Counted from the first letter of the stretch, positions 39,701-53,079 are shown. The stretch: 64,000 nucleotides of DNA from Lingula anatina (GCA_051362555.1 CM120640.1:17980001-18044000); one strand, 5' to 3'. The notes: generated by a model not told the origin, from the letters alone. A program made the numbers and translations.

Positions 39701-42700
39701 GATGCCTTTTCTGTAATGAAATATTCTTTAAACAATCACCTGTGTTGTTTTTGATTAGTGTAAAATCAATTTTTCTTAAATGTTGTGACAACCTTGTTAT
39801 AAGCTTAGGATATGACCCTGACCGGTGGTGATCCTAGAAATAGTTTCAAATGATCGGCAATATGTAACTTAGTATGAATCGATACTTTAAACATGTTTCT
39901 GTGACATAGGGTTATCAAAATATGGACATGATGGCATTTTGTTCAAGCTAAAAATGCCATGACCTTGAAAATAAGGTCATGACCTTGACCTCTGGTGGCC
40001 TAGAAAGCATTTATAAATTATTCGCAGAACCTCACTTAGTAGGAAATGATATTTAAACATGCTTCTGTGACATCCAATTACTAAGGTTTAGATAATATGG
40101 GAATTTTCTGCTCAAAAAATGCAGTGTCCTTGAAATTATGGTCATGACCTTGACCTCTAATGACTCTGAATAAATTTGCAAAAGATTGGCAGTGCATTAT
40201 TCAATAATAGTTAAGACTAAAATATGTTTTTGTGACATTAGGTTACCAATATATGGACATCAAGTCATTTTTTTGCTCGCAAAATGTAAAGATCTTGTGA
40301 TTAGGTCATGACCTTGACCTCCTGTGACCTTGAAAGTGGTTGCAAAAGATTGGGGATCCCTCACTTAGTAGGAATTGATACTTTAAACATGTTTTTGTGA
40401 CATTGTGTTCCCAAGATATGGACTTCATGGTGACCCACCCCATTCAATGGCGGCCATTTTGGATTTTCGCTGAAAACAGGACTTTGCCATGGGGGGATTC
40501 ATGGGGGAAATTTTTTGGGTTATATTGGGCCTTCAACGGACCAGAATCAGTTGAGAAACCTTTGTCACCAATTTTTTCCAACCTCAATGGGGAAAATATG
40601 CTCGTTTACTGGCCTAAATTATTTTCGTGAGGATGCTTTCAAACATGTTGATGTAAACATGAAAACTAATTCCTTCTCGGCTGTTTCTCATCACAGACCT
40701 CATGGAACCTTTAGGTGAGTATGCAACAAACTCATTTACAACCAATATTGCTGCAAGGAAATAGAACAGTGTAGGTATTGATTGCTTTCTATGAAATTTT
40801 CGTCTGCAGAAAAAATAGATATCATGGTTGGAGATGATATTTGCGGCCTTGTAGAATACTCAATATTTATGTACAAAATTCAGAACAGGGCCCATATCAG
40901 AATAAGCTTTTCTATATCAAATATGTTTTTTCATCAAGATCAGTGCATTTTTTATTATTTGTTGGGAAAAAAGAATGTAATAAGTCTTCCAAATTAGCTA
41001 TTTCAGTCCTTGGTGGAAGCATCACTTGTTTATTTTGGTTCAGCAAAAGACTATGAGATAATCAGATGTGAAGGAAAGCATGAGAAATATTTGATTATAT
41101 TTATTTGTGTTACAGCACAGTTTCTGTATGTTGTTCATTAACATAATACACACGTATGTAGTAGTGTTAGTGTTTTTAAGTTTTTTTATACCACCAGCAA
41201 TAAAGCTATTTTTTTTTTTACAAAACACAAAAGGGCCATTTCAGTGTTAAAGTGACAATATTTGCTAGGTTAAAAAGCATGCATCACAATGACACAGCCA
41301 TGATCTGTCTTATGAAAATAAGAGTAATAAATAAAACAGACAAAGCAGGATCGACATTCAAAGAGGGGGAAATTAATTTACACAAGTTGATAAATGAGAT
41401 ATACCCCTGGAACATCAAGCCGTATTCCTGGAAATGCTCAGTAATTGAGGCAGGGCATGTCTGGATTCAGTAATTCAAGAATAATGGTGTTCTTATCATC
41501 TTTAGCCCTGTAGCACCATTAAGCCATTTCTGCAGAATTTTTGCAGTGTGCATTTACAGCGAACTGGGAAGTATTTCAGTCCATATCTTCTCTCAATTTG
41601 TAAATTTAAAAGATAACTATATTTGTAAGAACAGGTAATTAAAAAGCCCACATTGTACAGCTTGGTAATAAAAGTATGCTTCTTTGCACTTGTTATCACC
41701 ACTTACTGCTGTCAAGTGAGAAAGTCATTATTTTTAAGGTCACATTTTGTGAGTTACTGTGATAATTGATGTGCCATATTTATGTGACTTAATCCAGAGC
41801 ATATAAAACTTAAGTCCATGAAAATAATAGTCAAGCAGTTGTCTAGTCATTAAATATGATTTTATGAAGCTTGTTATCTCTCTCTCTCTCTTTTTTTTTT
41901 TTTTTTGGTAATGCATAATTTTTGGTACAGTTTTTTATCATCAGTACTCGGATTTATAATATAGATTCCCAGATTACATTTTCAAGGCATCTTGCTTTGA
42001 ACAACACATTTAAAGTTACTAGAATCATTTGCCATGCAGATTTTATTGCTTTGTTATATATCTGCCCCATCTTTAATATAATATGAAATAAAATATAAGA
42101 TATAAAAATATTATATAAAATCTAAAGTGATAAGAAGAAGTGCAATGATATAGATTTACATATCTGATGTGATCACTTTGCACTTATTCTGGTTTCAGAG
42201 GAATTTGCAGAGGATGCCAACACGGCAGTCTCTAGTGTTGTGAGGACCAGTAGTATGGAGGCCCTCTCATCTGGTGACCATGCTGGCAAACTAGCCCCTG
42301 ATGAAATCCTGGAAGAGGAATACTTGGACAGTATAGACTGTCAGATGATCCATGAAGCTGAGGATGCTGATACTCTCGGAGAAAGTAAGAGTGCTGGTAT
42401 TATAACATTATAACATCCTACAACACCTGGTACATGTGTTACAGTACATAGGATCATTTGGTATTATATGTGACATTTGGCCTTTCAGAAAAGTTTGACA
42501 TTAACAGGTAGCATTTAAGGTAACATAGTAGTTTGTAGTGTAAGGTGGCAGAAGTGCAAATATCAAAAATAAGGTAATGACATGGCTATATGTAACTTAG
42601 ATTGCCTTCTATAATATATGACCTAATTGTAATGCTCTTTTTGTGTGCATTTATTACCTAGGTACAGATTCCACATTTAGTCGTCGCCTAGAGCAATTCC

Positions 42701-45700
42701 AGTCCATGAAATCGAGACCTAAGAGGTCTGACCATTCCCCTCCGAACACTCCATCCTCCAAGTTATCACCATCACCCGTGTGCAACACAAATGTTCTCTT
42801 TCTGGTGCTCCATGGAGGTAAGTGTCACCCTGATTGACATCTGTCAATTGAAGTAAAAATTACCCTCTCTGTATCAAAATGTTGCAAATGGATTATCTGT
42901 TCATTGCGCCATTTAGAGATTGATGTGAAATTTTTGCTTCATTGTCTGGCATAAAAATTGCTTATCATGTTATTTTTGTACAGTATGTATAAACATCTAG
43001 ATCTACACCTTTTATTATTTGGGTAGATTAGACAGTTTATAAATAGTATAAATAGTATAAATGCAATGTGTCTCTATTGTTTTCCAGGCAGCATCCTAGA
43101 TTCTGGGCAGTTTGAGCTTGGCTCTCAGCGTTCAGATATCAGCACACTACGAGGGACTTTTGATAAAGTGATCAGAGCACATTATCCCGCCATGTATGGT
43201 CATCTGGCTATACGACTTGTTAGATGTCCCCTCCTGTGTGCCGAAACCTTGCAGATTTTAGAAAGGTATTTGAATACAGTCAGTTTGAAACAAATATGAG
43301 AATTTTCAGAAATACTTTTTGCAGATATTAGAAAGGCATTTTCTTCAGGTATTCTCTGTGAAATAATGACATTTACTATACACACTGAATAATTTCAGTT
43401 TAAAAATGTAATAAGGTGTAAATAAAATTGTTTTCTTTTGTATATATATATAAGCAAGGTATACATTCACAGAAGTGGCTACTTGCTTAATTCTTTAAGA
43501 ATCATACATGGTAGTAGTGATTTTTGCTATAATTGCACACTGATACATTTTCTATTTGTTGGTGTAAAATTTAAGTAAGAATGAAAACTTACATCTCCTT
43601 CCTACTTCCAGCTTAAGCCCATTTGGTTATGACAGTCAGCGCAGCAATGATGACACATCTCCTTACCTGACAGACAATCTTCCCCTTGGTGCCATTTCTC
43701 TGTTTGCTACGTCCAATGCAGATTACCAGGACCAAGTAATTCAGGTGATTGCTAGAGTCAACCAGGTCTACAACGACTTTCTTAGGTCAGAGGAGGGGAA
43801 GGGCTTCAATGGACAGGTATGTGCCATTGATCATTGCATTACATTACATTACATTACATTACATTACATTACATTATATTACATTACATTACATTACATT
43901 ACATTACAATATCATATGGACATGGGTGAAAGTTAACATGACAGTCTTCACTATTTACTTTCGAGCCCATTGGGCTGGAAGACCTAAAAAAACTACTTGT
44001 TCAAATCAAAATATACTAATCTGAAGATGAAAGCTTTAGTTGATGGAAAAGAATTTAAAACAACTGCTCAATTTCTGCTTGTTTGGTTGGAGTAGTAATG
44101 TTGAAAATTCATAATTTCTTGTTGATTCAACACCAAGTATTCCATTAGATTTGCCTTAAACTTGTGGCTAACTTTGAAGACTGCATATTTAAAGACCTTG
44201 AGGTCTGTGAGGACCTCTGCATGACAAAAAAAGATGGTTAACTATCCTCCATACCTCCGTATTAGGTGTATACATTTATTATAATGATCTATAAAATAAC
44301 ATATATAATTTTATGGGGTGTTTTTAAATATAATTATTTATAATTGTATTAAATTAATTTGATTTTTATTTTCAGGTGTGCATGATAGGAGACTGTTCTG
44401 GTGGCATCTTTGGCTATGATGCTTTATGTTACGCTTCACAATCACTACTTAGTCGCACAAACAGTCGCCATGGAAGCCACTCCAGTCTAACTGAAGGGGA
44501 TGACGAACCTGTACAGAAATTAAATGTAGAACCCGATAGGAGACTCAGTTCTAGTAACCCTGACCTAACTACCGATGATCCCAGAGCAACATATAAGCGG
44601 GCACAAAGTGACAATCGTGGTATATCGAGTAATGAGGATAAACCATTGCAGCATAAGCCTGTCATGAGACATTTATCACTGCCACCTACAAGGCGGATCA
44701 GTACAGGGAGCAGTCAGACAGAGGGAAACAATGACCTTAAATTAGAATTTGAAGTGACTGATTTCTTCTTGTTTGGTTCTCCTTTAGCTCTGGTACTTGC
44801 ATATAGGCGGATAAACAGCTGGGATGAGAAACACAGTAAGATAAAGCTGTTACAGCATATGTGTGGGGTGGTAAACCAGGCGTGTTGCGTGTTAGGTGTG
44901 GTTTTTTTGGATGTGTCTGACATGATGTACAGGGTAAACGGGTGTGTAAGATATGACTGTGAAGTTGATATTTTTGATGCAAATGAGAAAAGTTTTTAAA
45001 TCTTGAAAATAATGTTAAGGTTCATTCATTTAGCTCAAAAGGTTGATAAAGTGCAGAATGTGAACTGTAAAAAGTATAAACTTTTTAAAACCACATATAG
45101 AAAAATGAAAGTGAAAAACAGTTTATATCATCATTTCTGCATTATTCTATTCCAGTTCCTCCTCTGAAGCCTTCCTGTCTCCAGCTGTACAACCTTTTCC
45201 ATTCATCAGATCCATCTGCAGCAAGGTTAGAGCCGCTGCTAGACGACAGATTTAGACAGGTGCCCCCTGTAAAGATATCTCGATATTCCAAATTTCCACT
45301 GGGTGATGGACAGTCTCTTCATGTTGGTGAGCATGGAAAAATCACCATCGTGTGATCACTAAGCATTGCTTTGAAGTTGTTTGCTAACTATAAGCCCTGA
45401 TTTCAAACTTTTAGTAATATTTCTGCACGTTTTGCTAATTACAGTTTCACCTTTGCTTTTTCATAAGGGGAAACAGTTTAAAGGAAAAAAGGAAAAAAGG
45501 AGTAAAATTCAAATGGTGCTCCTTTTGACTCACAATTTTGTAGTGTTGTAATCACTAATGATATCTGAGTGGTGAAGATATCTGCTGTCTTGCATAAATA
45601 TAGTACTCTTGGTTAGAAATTCAATCTGGCTTACTAGCAATATAGTACTCTGGGTTAGAAGTACAATCTGCCTTGCTGGCAAGAGGCTAGTGCTTTTCAG

Positions 45701-46498
45701 TATAGCCACCTATTTCTTGCATCTTGGATGAAATCATTCTGTAAGTATAACCCAGTATTTGATAATTATTCATATATGGCAAGTAAAAAAAGTGAATTTC
45801 TAACTGTAAGTACTTGGTGCTTCACACATTTATACTGCATTCACTCTACTGTAGTGGAGACAGTGCAGACCCAGACTTCAGTGTTTTTGGCACAAGAGGG
45901 CACTGTTAGCTCTCCAAGAGGAGCCCCCATGGACAGGCGCGAGAGCAACATAAGTATGGTCAGTCAGCTTTCTGGCCAGGCTGACCCGGTCATCTCTTCT
46001 ATAGCGTCAGGTAAACTATACTGGTCTTTGTGGTGTAACACAAATACCACAAGGATCTACAAATCATGAAGCCTGTGACACCTGACACACTTAAACACTC
46101 TGATGCACCTAAAACAGTCACAATTATATTGATAGCACATTCAAAGTACAACATAAAATATGTATAGAGGCTTATAGTATTTTAGAATATGTAGAATCTG
46201 GTGGAGCTACTGCTGATTGCTTTGAATATGGAGTGCTTTGCTTTAACAGAACTGATCTCTTTTTGCGATGAAATGCTGTTGGTTATATCAAAATACTGTA
46301 ACAAATCCTGCAGTGAAATAATTTAATTGGTATGTTAAAGTGTGACACCCAGATCCATAACAGAAACCATTGCTTGGTACAATAATTGTTATAAAACTAA
46401 TATAACCTCATGAGTAAAGGTAAATTATACAATGTCAAACAAGAGTCTTCAATTAAGATATAAACTCAAACCTTCCACTATCAGATACTATAAATATG

Positions 46499-46583
<85 letters not shown>

Positions 46584-49500
46584 TCTCAAATATTTCCAGT
46601 TGTGAGCAAGTGGTGGGGCAGCAAGCGTCTAGACTATGCTCTCTACTGTCCTGAAGCATTGAACAGTTTCCCTGTCAATGCTCTACCTCACTTATTCCAC
46701 TCCAGCTACTGGGAGTCCACAGACGTTGTGGCTTTTATTCTTAGACAGGTACAGCTATAGCATAATACAGAATCATGTTCCCTTGATGTAACTGTCATAT
46801 TAAATTACATTATATTGCTTAACATTACATTACATTACATTACATTACATTACATTACATTACATTACATTACATTACATTACATTACATTGATTCAGCT
46901 AGAATATATTGTGATATTCAACTTTTTCAGGCCCGTAGCCAGGGGGGGTTCGGGGGGTTTGAAAAAAAATGCCCCTTTTCCTGGGAAAAGGTCCACTCTG
47001 GGTAAAATTTGATCTAGGTACATGACGTTTTTATGGGAAAAGGTCCACTTTTTCAGAAAAAGAACCCCCCTTTTGGAAATCGCTGGATACGGGCCTGTTT
47101 CTTTTTAAACTAGCTGATAATAAATAATTGTGCAACGTACTTGATTTTGTCAAAGTTTTGACCATATAGTTGCAAGAAAATTACCAACCTGTAAAGTTGC
47201 ATTCATGCAGGAAATTTCTCCCTTAGATTGTGCGCCAAGATGACATGTATGCAGCGTCTGAGACAACAAAGGATGCTTCAATATTTAGACCTCCACAGCC
47301 TAGAGAGAAGTGGTTACACCGGAGAACTACTATCAAAGTCAGAGTAAGTTATTATTGATCATCTTTCAAGATTACAATCAAAATTGTAATTGGTTTCATG
47401 TGAGAGTTAAAATCTCGGTTTTACTTTAAATTTTTTTTTTCATATCTTGGTCATTGTGTTCTTAAGTATTTGTTTTTGTGTAAAGTCTACCAAACATTGT
47501 AAATGGATTTTGGACTTGAAATTAATTAATTGTTATTATTATTACGTTTTACCTGAAAACAGTTATGAAGAGGCCATTTTAAGGCACATATGAATTCCAA
47601 ACTAAGTGATTTTAAGATTTGATTGAGCTGGTAACATATTTCTTTTAAATTTATTGATGATTGTTATTTTTCCCATTGCAGAATGTAGGTCCAAATCACC
47701 GTGGTAATGACACTATAGTTCAAGAAGATAGGCCTCAGGTTCTTGCTGCAAGGTTTATGTATGGACCCTTAGACATTGTACAATTGTCAAGGGAAAAAGT
47801 AAGATAAGAGTTCTTCTGTTTTTAAGATTATCCAGATAAATACTAAATGTAGGCAGTATGTTGTCCTTATTTATAAATGTGTAGGCAGCTTTAGACTTTT
47901 TCAGAAATAAAACTTTTTCTGTAAAGTGGATCAATTATAGTAGACCCCACATAAGTTGGACACAGTGGCACCATAACATTTATTTGAGTTATGCAAAGAT
48001 TTGAGTTTGTCAGTGATGATATTAGTATTCTAATTTGGAAAAAAAAGAAAACATTTCATAAGATTTGTTGACAAATCAAATCATAAGGTGACATATGATG
48101 GTGTAAGAAGTTGATAAAAAATTCAACTGTATCTTAAGGTATTACTTTCTAATTTATTGTCTGTTTTATGTACAATATGAATATGTCTGTTAAGGTTGAC
48201 ATCCATGTGATGACACAGCCACCTTCGGGAGAGTGGCTGTACTTTGGCACTGAGATAACAGACAGCCATGGAAGAGTCTCATTTAAAATTCCTGAGGACA
48301 AACGTCTCAGCCAGGGAATGTATCCTGTTAAAATGGTAGTCAGGTATGTGATCTTCTTGCCTTCCTGTGTAGTAGGTGTGCCATGTCCCATCCTGTACAT
48401 AATCACATCTACCACATCATACAGTGGCATGCCTGATGCATTCACCTTCTATATATTAAGATGGATTCTCATCAAGTTCTATCGCACTCACAGAAACATA
48501 TGACATTGTGAGTCTACTAGATGTGACATAATGGTTTCATCAAGTACAATGTCAATTCTAATAAACTCACCATGTTATACATGCCTGTAAGTTAGTTTGA
48601 TGTGACACTGTGCTTATTGAGACTTTTTTAAAGGCTGTATAAAGGATGCCTGAGATGTATTTCACCTATTTGTGTATTTCATCCCTTTTAGTTTTCATAA
48701 TTAACTGGCTTAATTTTTTTTTAGTCTCTCTTAAAAACCTCTTGGTCTGTTTAGAAACCTGTTAAAAATGGATGGGTTTGAAATGAACTTTTCTGTTATG
48801 TTTTATTTTGCTGAATTGCTTTCCTTTGCATGAAAAATTTTCATTATTTTAACTGTAATTCCAGAGGTGACCATACTTGTGCAGACTTCTACCTGGCAGT
48901 TCTCCCACCAAAGACAGAAGCTGTAGTATTCAGTATTGATGGCTCTTTTACAGCCAGTGTGTCAATCATGGGAAAAGACCCCAAAGTCAGGGCTGGGGCT
49001 GTAGATGTAGTCAGGTAATGTACACAGCACTTTGAAATGCACATTAAGACCCACAGAGGAAAATGTTTGAGAACTTGTTTTCTTGTTTGGAACTGATATA
49101 ACTATTTAATCAACATTAAGACATATGAAAATTCCTTTATTATAATAGTTTAAGCTAATGCTTGAGGTACCTTCCCGATGAACAATTTACATTGAATACA
49201 CTTGATTATAACTGTCTCTGCCATTCAACTTTATATCCACATCCAAAGCAATAACACCCAGGACCTTTCATATTTGTACTCGGTGTTCCAGGCATTGGCA
49301 GGATCTAGGCTACTTGATAATCTATGTGTCAGCCAGGCCAGACATGCAGCAGAAGAGAGTGGTGTCATGGCTAGCACAGCACAACTTCCCCCATGGGATG
49401 GTCTCCTTCATGGATGGGCTTTCTGCTGACCCTCTCAGGCAGAAGACTCAGTATCTAAAAAATCTTGTCAGTGAGGTAGGGATTAGATTGGGAAGTATTC

Positions 49501-50438
49501 CTTGTTGGTTTTTCCCCATTGGTTTTGACTGAAGATTTCGACAGAACATTTCCAGTTATGTCATAACAGTGAGAAAAATTTTAATCAGAAGAAAAAATAT
49601 TGCTAAAAATTATTTTGTGTAAAATCTATGTAGATGGACAATGGCAAGTCCAAGGATACATACGGTATTTGTTTCAAACATGAACCTTAACTCCCTAAGC
49701 AGAAATATTCATACAGTAAGAATTTTATTTTATATGTTTTGATGTGTAGGCAGAGATCTCCATCCATGCAGCATATGGCTCCAGTAAAGACATTGCAGTT
49801 TATCAGGCAGTGGGCTGCAAGCCAGAACAGATATATATTGTTGGCAAAGTGGCAAAAAAGTATTACCAACAGGCCCAGGTATGTTGCCCCAATCACAAAT
49901 ATTTTATTTTGGCAGCCATCTCTGAGCTGCAAAAAAGTTGGGGGGAAAATGATGCTTGTTTATGATGTTGGCTTAGGCAGAACATTATTTGTTTAGTTTT
50001 TTTAAAAGAAAACATTTTCTCTTAACTATAATATGATAGTTCATAGCATCAATATTTAGAAAAATATATCAAATTATCCTCAACTTAACCATGGTATTTC
50101 AGATCCTGGCAGATGGTTATGCTGCACATCTCAGTGACCTGATCCTACACGGAGCTTCTCGCCCTGCAGTGGGTAATGCACGTATGTTTATTCGCAAGAG
50201 TTGCTTCATGTTGCCAGGCCAGATGAAGACATCAGGGAAGAAGCAGGCAGCTCGCAGGATGTCATCATTCCCCAACCAGCCAGCATTAGAGATTCCAGAG
50301 GACAGCACTATGCCGGCCATAGGGGTCAGTCAGTCTGGGAACACCGTGGTGGATGCAGGGCAGCTAGGGGTGGGTAAAGTTCGAGCCAGGGGAGCATCAC
50401 CAAGGGGGAAGAATAGAGGTTTTGAGACTGGGGTCTAG
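24223..50438 (+). CDS. rdgB: Retinal degeneration B / membrane-associated phosphatidylinositol transfer protein (PITPNM/Nir family), about 1331 aa
   Basis: 21 GT-AG exons in continuous phase, 3996 nt: 24223-24300 ([26 protein letters not shown]), 25693-25825, 26227-26430 ([15 protein letters not shown]), 27844-28089 ([20 protein letters not shown]), 28517-28921, 35679-35765 (FFAT EEFFDAQ), 42199-42384, 42662-42817, 43088-43265, 43612-43816, 44376-44835 (DDHD: FFLFGSPL), 45156-45326 (YNLFHSSDP), 45855-46010, 46600-46748 (RLDYALYCP...FHSSYWES), 47227-47343, 47682-47798, 48195-48343, 48865-49014 (LNS2: VVFSIDGSF), 49292-49475, 49750-49878, 50103-50438. Confidence 0.96.
27743..27792. repeat. (GT)n microsatellite
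   Basis: Direct reading. Confidence 0.95.
29107..32324 (+). mobile_element. Helentron-associated non-autonomous element (HINE/DINE-1/Pearl-like) with internal tandem repeats
   Basis: 5' perfect 14-bp stem TATGTACAGACACA-ga-TGTGTCTGTACATA (29111-29140); (CGT/CGC/CGATGC)n microsatellite 29154-29213; units of about 160 bp starting at 29300, 29459, 29619; 3' subTIR TGTCTGTACAT at 32282 followed by GACAGC-ttt-GCTGTC hairpin and T-rich end. Confidence 0.75.
31998..32154. mobile_element. Inverted, CpG-decayed copy of the 2493-2661 MITE, nested in the HINE-like element
   Basis: Matches the reverse complement of 2493-2661 (tcttctgggtct...ggaagac.gtcagatttt...ctgtcagaaaatatctctggatc); flanked by TTATTG on both sides. 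Confidence 0.8.
36498..40616. mobile_element. Academ-like DNA transposon, defective or non-autonomous, 4.1 kb
   Basis: Termini TAGGCCAG...CTGGCCTA; 3-bp TSD AAT (36495-97, 40617-19); near-identical inverted block of about 150 bp (36520-36670 vs 40435-40584) followed by inverted arrays of about 163-bp units; no intact ORF inside. Confidence 0.85.
38438..38535. mobile_element. Truncated inverted copy of the 46928-47097 MITE, inside the Academ-like element
   Basis: Reverse complement reads caggcctgtagccag...ctgggtaaaat...atctaggtaca...aggtccactttttcagaaaaag...ccccctttt, collinear with 46928-47075. Confidence 0.7.
43837..43908. repeat. (CATTA)n pentanucleotide microsatellite
   Basis: Direct reading. 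Confidence 0.95.
46501..46578. repeat. (TA)n microsatellite
   Basis: Direct reading; ends about 20 nt upstream of the acceptor at 46599. Confidence 0.95.
46822..46891. repeat. (CATTA)n pentanucleotide microsatellite
   Basis: Direct reading. Confidence 0.95.
46928..47097. mobile_element. MITE with 15-bp TIRs, CAG...CTG termini
   Basis: CAGGCCCGTAGCCAG / CTGGATACGGGCCTG (one mismatch); internal repeat gggaaaaggtccact twice; T-rich flanks make the TSD ambiguous. Confidence 0.8.
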
Positions 50439-53079
50439 GTTTAGAGGAGTTGCAGAAAGACCTAGCATCCTATGGGATTGGAATCTGACTGGTGATTAAG
50501 TTCAGCTGTTTAGTGGTTGAGATGGTTGAAAACTCTGAGGTTGGATTGTTTGACTTCCTTTTGGGATAAAACCAAATTTTCCTACCCACACTTTCAGGGA
50601 GAAAACTCTGACCTTATGAATGTGGGTTAAGGTCATCTCCTGGAACGAAAGGAACACAACATTGATAAAAGTTTAACTATGGTTGTGAGATGCAGGAATT
50701 ATAGACAGCCATTTTGATGGTCATTTGACAAGTTGATTACAGACACAATGATTTTAGGAAAGAGACTATTTATAAGAATTGTACATGGAAAATCAGCAAA
50801 TATGTTTGTTTGTAGCCCAAACCAAGTGATGAGCCAAGAAGTTTTACATGGAGTTTTACATAAAGCTTTTAGTAAATCATGCTTCATTCAGGAACTGAGA
50901 AACATACTCTCACATTAAAAAAAGTTCTGGACTCGGTGTTATGTTGTTACAGAGTATATTTTCGATGGTTGTTTCGTCACTAATTTGTTTTGTCTGTTCA
51001 ATAATGAAAATGTGTAAAGAAGTGAATAATGATATTCTTTTTATGTAATATTGATTTCATTGCATAGTTTGAGTTGTTATTAGTAACTTGTTCAGTACAA
51101 TCAATAAGGATCTTTCAAAAATACTTGCAGTGTAAACACTAATTTATGCTAAAAGCAAATTCTTTTTGTTAAATTAAGGATGTGAAAAAAAAGTGAGAGA
51201 TATGAAAGGGGTCTGTACTAAAAGGTCAAGATTGATATAAGTTACATTTATAAATTTTGCCATGAATTTAGTACTTAATTCTTAGCATTGGTAATAGTAT
51301 AGTTATAAAAACATGGCCATTAAATGCGATCCATGGGGGATGCACTGTTTATGGACAGGCACTTTTGGCTGTTTTTTAGCCATCCCTTATGTCTGTCACA
51401 TCATTCTGTGCACTTTTTGATCACCCCATTTTTAATGATCTTTCATGGTAGAACACTAATCGAATTAGTTTATTGATTAAGATATTTTTTTATTTAAATA
51501 GTCTTAACCTTCTATACTTCTATTCTTATCAAGGTTTTATGATCTTCATCAAATTTACATGTCAGTTAGTTGAAGTACTGTACATTTGGCAGATTTTGCT
51601 GCTTGATGTTTAATATGTGCACATTGTAATTAGTTATGAAAATAATAGGACTTTTTATATTTTAATTGAGGATTTTGGTCAGTATTGCTCTGGTGGAAGT
51701 TACTTTTGATCCATCTTTTAGTCTGTCTCTCAGTTGTGCTAACAATCATGACTTGAAAGAGTGGAATGTTTTCTTTTAAAACAATAGATAATAAAGAATT
51801 TTTACATATTCTGAGTTATGTGAATTAAAAATGTTCATATAAATTACAATATTATTTTTAGCTCCAATTATTATATTTCATTTTGTTAATGATTAGCATC
51901 ATGGCTACAATTTCAGGCAACTGTTCATATAATATTGGGTATTTTTTTCCAAAAAGTATGTATGTTTATCTAATGAATATCATATATATATATATATATA
52001 TATATAAATGCTTCAATTTTCTATGTATCCAGTTTATATATGATTGTTAACTCTATCTTTCTCCAAGTTGGCAGTTTTTTCTTTGACAATGTCAAAGAAA
52101 TTGGAAAAATTAATATATCATTTGAAAAAATAGTTATTAAAGGCATAATAACTCTTTGTATGAGACCTATATTTCACAATAAAAACCTTGTGAATAACTA
52201 ATAGAAATATAATATATTCTGTTTTACCACAAAAACAGCAGTTATAGCTTTTATTCTGATATTTGAACTTGTCTTTAGACCACGCGACCTCCATTGATGT
52301 CTATACGTTGTTAAAATCTCTTAAGAGATTTTAACAAAAAACCAAACTTTTTAGAAAAAAACCAGGGACTAACTTTGAATGTAAAAATGGATTCATTAAC
52401 CATTGGTAAGTATGGGAAAATTGTTGTTTACTCCAGGAAAATTCATTTTTTGGCCGAAACGAAGAGTTATTATTGCTTTAACTGTTTGTGTGCTATGAAA
52501 TCCCCCTCCCTTATTTCTGTTTACTCTTCCACTTAAGACTGTACCAAAAATAAAGTATTGTATTGATAAGGTATTATTTTTGTAGTTTTATGTTATTGTA
52601 CATGTTGCTTGAATGTACATTGTTTGACTATTTAAAAGTTCAGAGTATATGTACATACATGGATATGTAATAATTTCACCTTTTAAATTAACCATGACTA
52701 GGTTTAATCACCAGATGAGAAAAGCATTAATTTACATCATAAACAGTTGTTAAAGTGATATATGTATGAATGTGATAGGTGTAAAATTGGTGCTGTACAG
52801 TGTTCATTATGCTCAGTAGAAATCCCATTTTACAGGTGAAGCTCATGCTTTGTACCAGTTTGACGATCACTCATGTATCACAATGTCAAGTTTTCAGAAT
52901 CACTGTTGAAAGTGTTTTTTGCAATATTTAACACGAATAAATGTCTCATCAGATGAGGAATATAGCTGTGTTTGTTATGAATAACTAAACTGGCAAAATG
53001 CTGCTATAAAATGAAATAACGTGTGATGTCCAAGTTAAAAATGCTGCATAGATGAAGGTCCAAATTTTCACTCCTCATA

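Noticed and set aside
29300-40410. Regularly spaced repeats that might suggest CRISPR-like arrays
   Set aside because: Eukaryotic context; units repeat over their full 160-163 bp with no unique spacers and no cas genes.
36438-40630. Near-identical peptides [35 protein letters not shown] on opposite strands (ORFs 36438-36635 minus and 40397-40630 plus)
   Set aside because: They are translations of the transposon's inverted repeats, not duplicated genes.
43745-47012. ORFs with LHYIT or YIYI repeats
   Set aside because: Translations of (CATTA)n and (TA)n microsatellites.
48920-48950. Degenerate HAD motif SIDGS in the LNS2 domain as a sign of pseudogenisation
   Set aside because: Loss of the first Asp of DxDGT is normal for RdgB/Nir LNS2 domains.
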